Shown one piece after another: positions 26,599 to 39,960 of a stretch of 64,000 nt of DNA (positions within the stretch are counted from its first letter, which is position 1; each line of letters starts with the position of its first letter). A program made the translations under genes and the position numbers. The notes under the pieces were generated by a model. It had not been told where the DNA came from, made no database searches, and worked only from the letters and a program-made list of their open reading frames with translations. The stretch covers positions 1,676,001-1,740,000 of the forward strand of contig CM075999.1 of the NCBI GenBank assembly GCA_038087875.1. The letters are read 5' to 3'. The DNA is from Malacoraja senta. Taxonomy: Eukaryota.

Positions 26599-28139
26599 AT
26601 ACTCAGCGGCTGAGTCTCCACTGTCTTCTTGGCCAAAACAATGAATTAACCTCAATTAACAATCTTTCACAAAAAAGGGCAGCACAGAAGCAGAGTTGCT
26701 GCCTTGCAGCGTCGGAGACTTGGGTTCGATCCTGACCACAGGTGTGAAACTGGGATAACATAGAACTTGGTCGGTGCAGACTCGATGGGCCGAAGGCCTG
26801 TTTCCATGCTGTATCTCTAAACCAAACTAAATGGATTTCAGAGGTTATGGGGAGAAAGCAGGAGAATGGGGTTAGGAGGGAGAGATAGATCAGCCATGAT
26901 TGCATGGCAGAGTAGACTTCATGGGCCAAATGGTCTATTTCTACTATCACTTATGATCTAAACCTCAGAGAATTATTTTCCCTCACTACATAAGTGGCCA
27001 GTCTCTTACTTGGTTCCAAAGAACTTGGTTGCAAACAACTTCAGCCACGGAGAAACATCATCCTCGCATCACCCCAATTATGTTCTGCAAGAGTGCTGTA
27101 ATTTTCCACCGAGGTCCTGTACCCAAGCACAGTCGATTGGCCTTTCCTTATGCGATGAATCCCCTTCTCCCTCTCTCACAGGCACCACATTCCCAGGATC
27201 AACCATTGCCACGTTCCCATTGTCACAAGTATTCCCTTACTTTGGTAATGGGACCAGACCCATTCCTATGTTGGAGACAGACATAAAAAGCTGGAGTAAC
27301 TCAACGGGACAGGCAGCATCGCTGGAGAGAAGGAACGGGTGACGTTTCGAGTCGAGACCCTTCTTCTCGACCCGAATCGTCACCCGTTCCTTCCCTCCAG
27401 AGATGCTGCCTGTCCCACTCAGTTGCTCCATCTTTTTGTGTCCATCTTCAGTTTAAACCAGCATCTACAGTTCCTTCCTACCCATTCCTACGTTGCTATC
27501 CCAATCTTAGCAAGACATCTCTGCCTTTGCAATAAAGGCCGTCTTAGGTGTTCAAGTAGCCATTCATTACTTGTCAGTGACTTGTACTGTATATAGACAC
27601 CTCGTTCTCCAAATACGAACATTTTTCTATTTTCCTAACAAAGTAGATAAAACTCATCCATTCACACATTCCCTTCCATTCATATTGTCCATGCACGTTA
27701 ACTTAAACTGTCTAAATCCTCCCAAAGACACTCCGAATTCTCTTTATAACCTACGTTGCAGCGTGGTTTTGCATTACTGACAAGCTTGCAAACACTTCAT
27801 TTGATCCGATCATCAAAATCATTGATAAAGATTGGGACTATCTGACCCTCCAGCACAATCCTGGTGATGGTCTCCCAACATGAAAATTACTCGTTTATTC
27901 CTGCTGGTTTTTCCATGCCAGTGCATCACCATCAATTCAGGAAGTCTAATTGTCCCTTTATTAAAGGCTTTCTGAAAGTCCAAATATATTGTGTTTGCCC
28001 ATTTATCTTCATCCATTCTACGTTACAACCATTAACATAAACACTTGACTGACTTGTCAAACATGATTCCCTTTCACAAATCCAAGTCAAGAGTGTTTAA
28101 TAGTCATTTGTACTGGAAACATAACAATGAAATTGTAGA

Positions 28140-28370
28140 AATATCATTGCATATCTCGCTTGGGCATCTTACAACCCAGTGGGATGAATATTGGTTTCTC
28201 TAATTTCAAGTAACCTTCCCTCTTTCTCCCCATCCCTCCCCCATCCTAGTTGTTCTCTTAGTTTTACTGTCGTACCTCTTCATTATCACCCTCCTTCACC
28301 GCCAAAAATGGACCATTATGGGCTCTTTGGTCATCGCTGCAGGCTCTGATGTTCTCCACTGTTCTCCACA
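28140..28370 (+). mobile_element. Penelope 3' end fragment
   Basis: SRLGILQPSGMNIGFSNFK* matches FRLGSLHPSGLNIEFSQFR* of the larger copy. Confidence 0.75.
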
Positions 28371-29948
28371 GGCTCCACTGTTGTTTGTCATGTACATCAA
28401 TGATCTGGATGATGGTGTGGAAAATTGGATTAGTAAGTATGCAGATGATACTAAGATAGGTGGTGTTGTGGATAATGAAGTAGATTTTCATAGTCTACAG
28501 AGAGATTTAGGCCATTTGGAAGAGTGGGCTGAAAGATGACAGATGGAGTTTAATGCTGACAAATGTGAGGTGCTACATCTCGGCAGGACAAATTAAAATA
28601 GGACGTACACGGTAAATGGTAGCGAATTGAGGAATGCAGTTGAACAGAGGGATCTAGGAATAACTGCATAGTTCCCTGAAGGTGGAATCTCATGTAGATA
28701 GGGTGGTAAAGAAAGCTTTTGGTGTGCTGGCCTTTATAAATCAGAGCATTGAATATAGAAGTTGGGATGTAATGTTAAAATTGTACAAGGCATTGGTGAG
28801 GCCAATTCTGGAGTATGGAGTACAATTTTGGTCGCCTAATTATAGGAAGGATGTCAACAAAATAGAGAGAGTACAGAGGAGATTTACTAGAATGTTGCCT
28901 GGGTTTCAGCAACTAAGTTACTGAGAAAGGTTGAACAAGTTAGGTCTTTATTCTTTGGAGCGCAGAAGGTTAAGAGGGGACTTGATAGAGGTCTTTAAAA
29001 TTATGAGCGGGTTAGACAGAGTGGACGTGGATAAGCTTTTCCCATTGAGAGTAGGGAAGATTCAAACAAGGGGACATGACTTGAGAATTAAGGGACAGAA
29101 GTTTAGGGGGAACATTAGGGGGAACTTCTTTACTCAGAGAGTGGTAGCTGTGTGGAATGAGCTTCCAGTGGAAGTGGTGGAGGCAGGTTCGATGTTATCC
29201 TTTAAAAATAGATTGGATGGGTATATGGACGGGAAAGGAATGGAGGGTTATGGTCTGAGTGCAGGTAGATGGGACTAGGGGGAAGTATTTGAGGAAGGAC
29301 ATTAAATCTGAGGAAGGACATTATTGCCATAGAGGGAGTGCAGAGAAGGTTCACCAGACTGATTCCTGGGATGTCAGGACTGTCTTATGAAGAAAGACTG
29401 GATAGACTTGGTTTATACTCTCTAGAATTTAGGAGATTGAGAGGGGATCTTATAGAAACTTACAAAATTCTTAAGGGGTTGGACAGGCTAGATGCAGGAA
29501 GATTGCTCCCGATGTTGGGGAAGTCCAGGACAAGGGGTCACAGCTTAAGGATAAGGGGGAAATCCTTTAAAACCGAGATGAGAAGAACTTTTTTCACACA
29601 GAGAGTGGTGAATCTCTGGAACTCTCTGCCACAGAGGGTAGTCGAGGCCAGTTCATTGGCTATATTTAAGAGGGAGCTAGATGTGGCCCTTGTGGCTAAA
29701 GGGATCAGAGGGTATGGAGAGAAGGCAGGTACGGGATACTGATTTGGATGATCAGCCATGATCATATTGAATGGCGGTGCAGGCTCGAAGGGCCGAATGG
29801 CCTACTCCTGCACCTAATTTCTATGTTTCTATGTTTCTATTTATTTTTAATTTTAAAAAAAATTAAAAAAAATGTTCGGCACGGACTTGAAGGGCCGAGA
29901 TGGCCTGTTTCCGTGCTGTTATGGTTATATGGTTAAATGGTTATATGA
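28370..29948 (+). mobile_element. CR1 (HER1-like) LINE fragment interrupted by a second CR1 family copy (29290-29845)
   Basis: SKYADDTKIGG, RPILEYGVQFW with stops. Its 3' end GGGCCGAGATGGCCTGTTTCCGTGCTG and (ATGGTTAT)n tail resume at 29870. Confidence 0.9.
29290..29845 (+). mobile_element. Young CR1 3' fragment (same family as 10866-12985)
   Basis: Intact ORF2 C-terminus 29338-29742 and (TTCTATGT)n tail. Confidence 0.92.
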
Positions 29949-30753
29949 TATGTTCTATTCCATTTCATGCCTCTAGTTTCCCTCTCCCTGACTCTCAGTC
30001 TGAAAAAGAACCTCGACCCAAAACGTCACCCATTCCTTTTCTCCAGAGATGCTGCCTGACCCGTTGAGTTACTCCAGCATTTTGTGTCCATCAATGAAAT
30101 TTTTAAGCTGATGGTTCAATTTTCTAAGTGCCCAATTGTATTTAATAATAGATTCCAGCATTTTCCTCACTGCTAAGTTTCAGGTTCAGTGATTTATAAT
30201 TTTCTCTTTTCATACTTCCTTATTTTTTAAATATTGAAGTAACATTTGCTGCTTTCCATTGTCTCAGTTGTGAGCAGCAGGAGTGACATGTTTTTTTTTT
30301 AAATCATAAAATTCACGCACAAAAACTAGAGCACTTGGCACAACATTTGCATGGGAACCATTCTCAAATCTACAGAATTTTGGAAGCTAAAATGCTTCCA
30401 AGATGGCGCCCAACCCAGGTTAGAGAAACAGACCTACAATCACATATTACAATCGTTCCACACTCTTAAATCTCTACTCCTACAAATACAGCTGACTGGA
30501 GAGCACGCAAAAAAGCTTTTCACTGTACCTCGGTACACGTCACAATAAAAAAGGGTCTCGCCCCGAAATGTCACCCATTCCTTCTTTCCAGAGATGCTGC
30601 CTGGCCCGCTGAGTTACTCGAACAGTTTGTCTGTAAACTCAACAATGCAGGTTATTAGCCCCAAGGGATTTAATGTATTTCAATCCCATTAATTTCTCCA
30701 ATACTAATACTTAACTGATGAGAAATGTTGACATCATTCATGGCAACCATGTA

Positions 30754-32377
30754 CAGTGGCTTGCAAAAGTTTTTCATACCCCTTGAACTTTTCCACATTT
30801 TGTCACATTACAACCACAAACGTAAATGTATTTTATTGGGATTTTATGTGATAGACCAACACAAAGTGGTGCATAATTGTGAAGTGGAAGGAAAATGATA
30901 CATGGTTTTCAAATTTTTTTACAAATAAAAAACTGAAAAGTGTCACGTGCAAAAGTATTCAGCCCCCCGAGTCAATACTTTGTAGAACCACCTTTCGCTG
31001 CAATTACAGCTGCAAGTCTTTTGGGGTATGTCTCTACCAGCTTTGCACATCTAGAGACTGAAATTTTTGCCCATTCTTCTTTGCAAAATAGCTCAAGCTC
31101 AGTCAGATTGGATGGAGAGCATCTGTGAACAGCAATTTTCAAGTCTTGCCAGAGATTCTCAATTGGATTTAGGTCTGGACTTTGACTGGGCCATTCTAAC
31201 ACATGAATATGCTTTGATCTATACCATTCCATTGTAGCTCTGGCTGTGTGTTTAGGGTCGCTGTCCTGCTGGAAGGTGAACCTCTGCCCCAGTCTCAAGT
31301 CTTTTGCAGACTCCAACAGGTTTTCTTCCAAGATTGCCCTGTATTTGGCTCCATCCATCTTCCCATCAACTCTGACCAGCTTCCCTGTCCCTGCTGAAGA
31401 AAAGCATCCCCGCAGCATGATGCTGCCACCACCATGTTTCACAGTGGGGATGGTGTGTTCAGGGTGATGTGCAGTGTTAGGTTTCCGCCACACATAGCGT
31501 TTTGTATTTAGGCCAAAAACTTCAATTTTGGCCTAAATACATCTGACCAGAGCACCTTCCTCCACATGTTTGCTGTGTCCCCCACATGGCTTGTGGCAAA
31601 CTGCAAACGGGACTTCTTATGGCTTTTTTTCAACAATGGCTTTCTTCTTGCCACTCTTCCATAAAGGCCCGATTTGTGGAGTGCACGACTAATAGTTGTC
31701 CTGTGGACAGATTCTCCCACCTGAGCTGTGGATCTCTGCAGCTCCTCCAGAGTTACCATGGGCCTCTTGGCTGCTTCTCTGATCAATGCTCTCCTTGCCC
31801 GGCCTGTCAGTTTAGGTGGACGGCCATGTCTTGGTGGGTTTGCAGTTGTGCCATACTCTTTCCATTTTCGGATGATGGATTGAACAGTGCTCCGTGAGAT
31901 GTTCAAAGCTTGGGATATTTGTTTATAACCTAACCCTGCTTTAAACTTCTCCACAACTTTATCCCATGACCTGTCTGGTGTGTTCCTTGGGCTTCATGAT
32001 GCTGTTTGTTCACTAATGTTCTCTAACAAACCTCTGAGGCCTTCACAGAACAGCTGTATTTATACTGAGATTAGATTACACACAAGTGGACTCTATTTAC
32101 TAATTAGGTGACTTCTGAAGGCAATTGATTGCACTGGATTTTATTTAGGGGTATCAGAGTAAAGGGGGCTGAATACTTTTGCACGCGACACTTTTCAGTT
32201 TTTTAATTTGTAAACAAATTTGAAAACCATGTATCATTTTCCTTCCACTTCACAATTATGCGCCACTTTGTGTTGGTCTATCACATAAAATCCCAATGAA
32301 ATACATTTACGTTTGTGGTTGTAACGTGACAAAATGTGGAAAAGTTCAAGGGGTATGAATACTTTTGCAAGCCACTG
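30754..32377 (-). mobile_element. Full-length Tc1 DNA transposon with long TIRs
   Basis: TA TSD at 30752-53 and 32378-79. ~215-bp TIRs starting CAGTGGCTTGCAAAAG, with an internal repeat GCAAAAGTATTCAGCCCCC. Confidence 0.98.
30972..31997 (-). pseudogene. Tc1 transposase (DD34E) with two frameshifts
   Basis: MKPKEHTRQV start, HTH, GRPPKL, WSD, QQD-(34 aa)-E (SPDLNPIE). Frameshifts near 31966 and 31535. Confidence 0.95.
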
Positions 32378-34741
32378 TAGCTCTTCATTATTTCCAGAAA
32401 ATACCCTAAATCTTCTTCCACGAAAAAAGCCAAAGATATTCTAATTTTGCTGCTATTTCCTAATTTTTCAATGTAGATCTTTTCAATTTTAAACGTCAAT
32501 GCCAACTTCACTTCTCTTTTCCTTTCTGTAGAAATGTAAAATTACGAAAAATTTCTCATAATGTGCTCACCACAATTTTCATAAGGAGCAGAATGAGGTC
32601 ATTCGCTCATCGAGTCTACTCCGCCATTCAATCGTGGCAGATCTATCTTTCCATCTCAACCCCATTCTGCTGCTTTCTCCACGTTACCTTTGACATCCTT
32701 ACTAATCAAGAATCTGTCAATCTCCACTTTAAAATTACCCAATGAATTTTAGCAAGTCAAGGTGAATCATATTAGAAATGGAATCTAATTTTATAATTTG
32801 TGTCAAGATTTATTGCTCAAGGTTTGTTTAGATCAAAACCCCTTTCTGATTTCAAGGAAGAGTGCTGGATTGAATATTTGGGATTTAATTGCTCGAGAAC
32901 TTAGATAGGACATTTGATTTGGGATGTCATCCATGTTTGGGATACATCTCCTTTGATGGCTGGCTTGCCCTGGCCAAGTGTGGCAAGTGTGAACATCAAT
33001 AGCCACCTTATCTACTTCCGCTAAATAATTAATCATGTTTTGAGGTAAGAAACAAAAGTTGTTCAAAGAAAGTAAAGCAAGTATCTCACAATTTTGGCAT
33101 CTCTGCAATTTTCTCACAAAAGTAACCAGGATAACAGCATTTCATCCACAACTGTTTAGGCGAATCCTTAAGAATTTGGAACGCTGGCCAATGTTGAATT
33201 ACCAAGAAAGGTGAATATCATCACTAGTCCTCGTGTGGCCTGTACTGGAGAGAAAGGAAGAGGAGACAAGAGGAACTGCGGATGCTGGCTTACAAAGAAA
33301 ATACACAAAATGTTGGAGTGAATCAACGGGTCAGGCAGCAACCCTGAGAACGTGGATAGGTGACGTTTCTGGTTGAATTGAGTGGAGTATATTATCGCGT
33401 GCGCCGAGGTACAGTGCTAACCATTCTGCGGAAAGACAATACATGAGCCATCCACAGTAGACAGATACATGATAAAAGGAATAACGTGAATAACATTTAT
33501 CATGTATCTGTACACTGTAGATGGCTCCATTGGGACACTACTTCAGACTGAAATAAAAGAACATTGTCCACTGAACCAGTTAATCCATGATGGTCTCAAG
33601 CCAATCCGTTTAGTTCCATTGATTGAATCCAGATGGTAAACAGGTCCAGAATTTGATTCAGTGTGAGGATTAGGGGAAGCAAAAAACCACCTTAGGTTGC
33701 CATTGGTGAAGTCAGTTCATCTGCTGGAGACCTCACCAGTGGTCTTTTTTCCTTATCCCAATTGCAAATGAAAGGCTTACACATTCAGAGGACATAGATT
33801 TAAGGCGAGGGGGAGGGGGGGGAATGATTTAATAAGAACCGGAGGTGTAACTTTTGTTTTTACATAAAGGGTGGTGGGTGTATGGATCGAGCTGCTGGAG
33901 GAGGCAGTTGAGGCAGAGACTATTGCAACCTTTAAGAAACATTTAGACCGGTAATAATAATAATAATAATAATGCATTTTATTTGCTGGCGCCTTTCTGG
34001 ACACCCAAGGACACCTTACAGGACATAAAATCACAATACATTTATCAATATTAAAATCTAGTTGATTAAAAACAAAAAACCTTACAATTTAACAAAGAAA
34101 CATATAAACATATAATCAGAGTAAAATAAATAAGTTATAAAGACATCACAAATACATAATTTAAAAACAGAAATTTGATCCAAAGAAGACAACAACAAAA
34201 TTCAGAAAACACAATGTGAATAGGTTTAGATGGATATGGGCCAAACACGGGCAGGTGGGACTAGTGTAGATGGAGCACGTAGGTCGGTGTAGGTTAAGTT
34301 GGGCCGAAGGGCCTGTTTCCTGGATGACATTCATTAAACAAACACTTTAGTGACACTCAATGTCCTTGAAAACGCCAAACATCCACTGTGTAATCAGAAA
34401 TGCATTGGGAAAGTCAACGCAATCATCCAGATCTAGATCTGATTGGAGAAGAACATAGAAGAACCACCTTTGGTACTCACATCAAATTAAGGTCATGAGG
34501 CTATTTATAGATACCCAAAATATTTCAGTAATTTGCTATCACAACCAATACTTGGAAAATTACAATCTGCAAAAAAATAAATAATCCAACTGCCAGTTAT
34601 TACACTTCATGTTTATGGGAAGGAAGTAGTCAGCAGAAGTGATCTGGTTATTTTTTGGTCCTTTGCTCATGGACCTCTCTGACCATCATGGATGGATGTA
34701 AAAGGTCACCTTGAGAAAAACCACATCATTTATTCTGGTGC

Positions 34742-34957
34742 AGGAAGGACCTTCAGATGGTGGTTCACACCGAAGTTAGACACAAAATGCTGGAGTAACT
34801 CAGGTAGCATCTCTGGAGAGAAGGAATGGGTGACGTTTCAGGTCGAGATTCAGGTTGAGGTCTGAAGAAGGGTCTTGACCTAAAACGTCATCCATTCCTT
34901 CTCTCCAGAGATGCTGCCTGTCCTGCTGAGCTACTCCAGCATTTTGTGTCTATCTTT
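34742..34957. mobile_element. Fold-back Penelope-type repeat (second subfamily, GUC hammerhead)
   Basis: Arms GACACAAAATGCTGGAGTA... / ...TACTCCAGCATTTTGTGTCT; CTGAAGAAGGGTCTTGACCTAAAACGTC core. Confidence 0.8.
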
Positions 34958-35454
34958 GATTGATTCTGGTACCTGGCCGGTGTTTGTCCCTCCGCCATCA
35001 CTGCAAGTGGACTAAGGTGGTCAATGGTCCAGAAAGTACTTGCCCTAACCTAGTGAACATGTGGATAGCTTCTGTTTGCGTGAGAGTCGATTCGGAGTTC
35101 TATGCCAACACAATGCAGCAAGGGGTTAGCGAGAAGCTGGAGGTTCTGATGCTGGGTCTTTGACCCAAACACAAGAATTTACAAGAATGATCCCAGGAAT
35201 GAGTAGGTTAACCCATGATGAGTGTTTGTCACCTCTGGGCCTGTACTCGCTGGAGCTTTGAAGAATGAGGGGGGAGCATCTCTGGAGAACATGGATAGGT
35301 GATGTTTCAGGTCGAGACCCTTCTTCAGTTTACACCACAGCCCCCCCGATGTAATGTTGAAGGGATTGGATGTGGCCCCTTTGCTCAGTACATTAGTGGA
35401 AATTCTCTGCTGGCTAGGCAATATCTGTTGGGTGAGAAAACAGAAATAATTGTT

Positions 35455-35990
35455 CATAAGGTCATAAGGGATAGTAGAATTAGGCCATTCTGCCCATCAA
35501 ATCTACTCAAATTCAATCATGGCTGATCTATTTCTCCCTCCTAAACCCATTCTCCTGCCTTCTCCCCATAACTTCTGACACCCGTACTAATCAAGAATCT
35601 ATCTATCTCTGCCATAAATATATCCACTGACTTTGCCTCCACAGCCTTCTGTGGCAAAGAATTTCACAGATTCACCACCCTCTGACTAAAGAAATTCCTC
35701 CTCATCTCCTTCCTAAAAGAACGCCCTTTAATTGTTAGGCTATGACCTCTAGTCCTAGACTCTCCCACTCGTGGAAACATCCTCTCCACATCCACTCTAT
35801 CCAAGTCTTTCACTATTCGGTGAGTTTCAATGAGGTCCCACTTCAATTCTTCTAAACTCCAGCGAGCACAGGCCCAGTGTCGTCAAACGCTCATCATATG
35901 TTAACCTACTCATTCCTGGGATCATTCTTGTAAACCTCCTCTGGACCCCCTCCAGAGCCAGCACATCCTTCCTCAGATATGGTGCCCAAA
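35455..35990 (-). mobile_element. CR1 3' fragment
   Basis: ORF2 C-terminus homology. Confidence 0.88.
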
Positions 35991-36819
35991 ATTGCTATCA
36001 CAATAAGGGGTTTCAAGGGAGTTGCCATGTTGAACCTGTTTTTCAATAGACAATAGGTGCAGGAGTATGCCATTTGGCCCTTCAAGCCTGCACCGCCATT
36101 CAATGTGATTATGGCTGATCATTGCTTCCTGAATTGCAAGATATTAATGTTCAGTGATCTGATTTACAACTTATCTACAGCACGACAGAGCAAACAAACT
36201 GTAGGACCTACAAGACAGGAATGTTTGCTTTGCTTTGGGGATACAACTGACAATGAGGAAGCTCTATTTATTGTTCCAGCCTCAGGTTCAGCATTGCATC
36301 ACAACTGGAAGTTCATGGAGACAAGGAACTGCAGATGCTGGTTTACCAACAAAAAAAAAGACCAACGTGCTGGAGTAACTCAGCAGGTCAAACAGCCTCT
36401 CTGGAGAACATGTATCGGCAAAGTTTCATTTCTGGATCCTTCTTTATGGAACTAGAGGCAATATTTTGATGTGAGCAGCGAAATGTTTTGAGAGGTAGGA
36501 GTGATAAACTATACTTGATCAAAACCTCTCAAATGAAGACAACACCCATGTTTTAAATCTGCAAATGCATAGGAATCATATTTGTGTGGAACATAAAGTC
36601 TTGCGTTGAAAGTTTGTTATTTTTAGCACTTTATATAGAGCACTGAAGAGTATAGCACAGGAACAGGCCACTCAGCTCATCTTGTCTGGGCTGACCATGA
36701 TGCACATCTGTTTGCAAATGGTCTATATACCCACAATTTAGATTCAAAGACACTTTCCTGCCTTAAAATATGTAATTCAGGACTCTCTAAACTTCTAAAG
36801 GTGTACAGTAGACTGTATG

Positions 36820-37550
36820 CTGACAGATCGCATCAAGGCCTGGTTCGGCAACTTGAACACCCAGGAGTTAAGACGATAGCAAAAAGTGGTGAACACTGCC
36901 CAGTCCATTGCAGGTACTGACCTCCACGCCATCAAAGAGATTTACAGGAGTTTAGTTTAGTTTAGAGATAAAGCACAGAAACAGGCCCTTCGGCCCACCG
37001 GGACCCTCGCCGACCAGCAATCCCCACACATTAACACTATCCTACACCCTCTAGGAACAATTTTTTACATTTACCAAGCCAATTAACCTACAAACCTAAA
37101 CGTCTTTGGAGTGTGGGAGGAAACCAAAGATCTCGGAGAAAACCCACGCAGGTCACGGGGAGAACGTACAAACTCCATACAGACAGCACCCGTAGTCAGG
37201 ATCGAACCCGTGTCTCCGGCGTTACATTCGCTGTAAGGCAGGAACTCTACCGCTGCGCCACAGTGACCACTGTGCCTCAAAAAGGCAGCCAGTATCATCA
37301 GAGACCCACACCACCCTGGCCACACACTCTTTTCACTCCCGCTATTGGGAAGAAGATATAGGAGCCTGAAAACTGTAAAGTCCAGGTTCAGGAACTGCTT
37401 CTTCCCTACAGCCATCAGGACACAAAACACTATAACCTCCAAATATGATATCGTTTTTTAACAGAGTACTCTGCTTACTTATTCTGCTGTGCTGCTGAAC
37501 GCAATAATTTTGTTGTTCTGCCTGGTACATATGACAATAAAACTCTCTTA
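36820..37550 (+). mobile_element. Rex1-type fragment split by a V-SINE (36950-37265, minus)
   Basis: Same C-terminal motifs on both sides of the SINE. Confidence 0.8.
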
Positions 37551-37573
37551 ACCCTTGATACATATAAATGCTG

Positions 37574-38110
37574 CACTTAGTAAAAATCACCCATAAGATG
37601 TAAAAACTTCCATGTAAAATAAGCCACTTGGTGACGCATGGGGTGACGTACACGTTGGTAAATCCCACTCTCAGTTTACCCGAAAAGCAAATTTTGTGCA
37701 TCAACAAAGCATTGAACCAGTTTCAAGTCAAGTGAAGCCAAAAACGAGGTGAGTAATGTTCTATTCTGGAAACAATTGTCTCCCACACACTGCATTTACT
37801 ATTGTTTGTGCTCCCTCCCTCCCTCTAGCACCTCCCATCCCACACACCTCCCGCCAGCACGACCATCCAGCCGTGCCCCAACTTGTGGGTGTGAATAGGG
37901 CAGGCTGACCTGTTCTCTGATGTTCCTTGAACTGACTGGATGAAAACACCTCCACTCCATAATTTACCAGCAGCTCATGATGTGGGAAACTCTCTTGACT
38001 CTTGATACAAACACATGGCACGCTTAGTAAAGATTAACCATAAAATGTAGAATCTTCTATGTAAAATAAGCCACTTGGTGATGCGTTGGCTGAAGTATAC
38101 ATTAGTAAAT
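37574..38110. repeat. Pair of 90-bp direct repeats (37574-37663 and 38021-38110)
   Basis: Ungapped alignment, 16 mismatches by eye, exact core ATGTAAAATAAGCCACTTGGTGA. Confidence 0.85.
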
Positions 38111-39760
38111 TTGTCTGCAACTCGTTTTCACCTAGCCCACAGCTAACAGTGGCCCGGTTCCTTTATCATTGTAACTTTTTTGCATATATTTCATTCATTT
38201 CTTCTATATCACCGTCTATATCTCTCATTTCCCTTTCCCCCGACTCTCAGTCTGAAGAAGGGTCTCGACCCGAAATGTCACCTATTCCTTCTCTCCAGAG
38301 ATGCTACCTAACATGCTGAGTTACTCCAGCTTTTTGTGATAATCTGGATTAAATGATGTGCAGAAAGCACAAATTCTAAATTGTGCTGTTTGACTTGTAC
38401 TCACCAACCGCTGTCGCTTTCAATAACCCTTGAACAAAGAGCTAAACACTCCCTGATGTGGCGATGTTTTTCTCTGCATTCTGAAATGTTCATTGCACAT
38501 CATCGAACATTTGCTGTATTACTCGAGATTAAAACCAACACAAATAGAGAATGATGGATGCACACAGCAGGCCTTTCATCTCAATTGAAAAAATAGCCAA
38601 GTTACAGTGAACCTCAAATTGGAAATAAGGAATTCAGCTCATTTATAGACACAGAGTATCCAAAGACGTACAGGTTTGTAGTTTAATAGGCTTTGGTAAA
38701 AATTGTAAATTGTCCCTAGTGTGTAGGATAGTGCGAGTGAATGGGGATCGCTGGTTGGCGCGAACTCGGTGGGCCGAAGGACCTTTATCTCAAAACTAAA
38801 CTGGTCAAGCAGCAACTCCTAATGATAAAGGGAATAGAGAGAGGTCTTCGTCAGTCTGAAGGGTCCCGACCCAAAACATAACGCATCCTTTTTCTCCAGA
38901 GGTGCTGCCAGTTCCGCTGAGTAACTCCACTGCCTTTTCCAGTGAACAAGGCGGACAACACAATCTGATAAAGACTAGGGGGAAATGTTACAGGATACAA
39001 ATTATTTTAAAACTGATTTTTTTTTTAAACAGAGAAGGAACAAAACAGAATGATGAATTCAGTCCAGATGTGGAGAAAAGTGTTAAGGCATAAAGGAAAT
39101 AATAGAAAAACATAAAACTGCAGATGTTGTTTTATACCGAAGATAGACACAAAGTGCTGGAGTAACTCAATGGGTCAAGCTGTCAATGGTTTGATATGTT
39201 TGACCTAAAGATATTCTAATAAAAAGCATGACTGCCTACAGAGTCAATGTGAAAATATAGCTATTGTTCTATGTTGCCTTATGTTCCTGAATACAATTAT
39301 TATTCTAGAGGATTGTGAATGCTCAAAAATAGCAACTGTCCCAAGGAGATTATTCTAAACTACTGTGAATATTCAAAGATATCATTACGCTCATCGTGTC
39401 AGAAGGAACTGCAGATGCTGGTTTACACCGACGATAGACACAAAATGCTGGAATAACTCAATGGGTCAGGCAGCAACTCTGGAAAAAAAGGATGGGTGAT
39501 GTTTCGGGTCAGGACCCTTCTTCAGACTGACATTTCTGGTCAGTCCCCTTCGTCAGACTTTAGAAGAAGAGTCCGACCCAAAACATCAAACATCTTTTTT
39601 CTCCAGAGATGCCGAAACTAAAACTAACTCTGTGCGTTTTGGAGGTTCTTCTTCCTCGTGTCCAGCCATCTTCTATATCACGTCTTTCCGGTCGGTCAGT
39701 GACGGTTGACGGTCGGTGGTTGCAGAATTGACTACTTCAGTCAGTCACTGTGGTACAGTT

Positions 39761-39960
39761 NNNNNNNNNNNNNNNNNNNNNNNNNNNNNNNNNNNNNNNN
39801 NNNNNNNNNNNNNNNNNNNNNNNNNNNNNNNNNNNNNNNNNNNNNNNNNNNNNNNNNNNNNNNNNNNNNNNNNNNNNNNNNNNNNNNNNNNNNNNNNNNN
39901 NNNNNNNNNNNNNNNNNNNNNNNNNNNNNNNNNNNNNNNNNNNNNNNNNNNNNNNNNNNN
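39761..39960. other. Assembly gap (200 N)
   Basis: Run of N. Confidence 1.

Noticed and set aside
37900..38021. CXC chemokine-like PCVCIKSQESF frame
   Set aside because: An in-frame stop lies just upstream, there is no phase-compatible acceptor and no third Cys, and it abuts a direct repeat.
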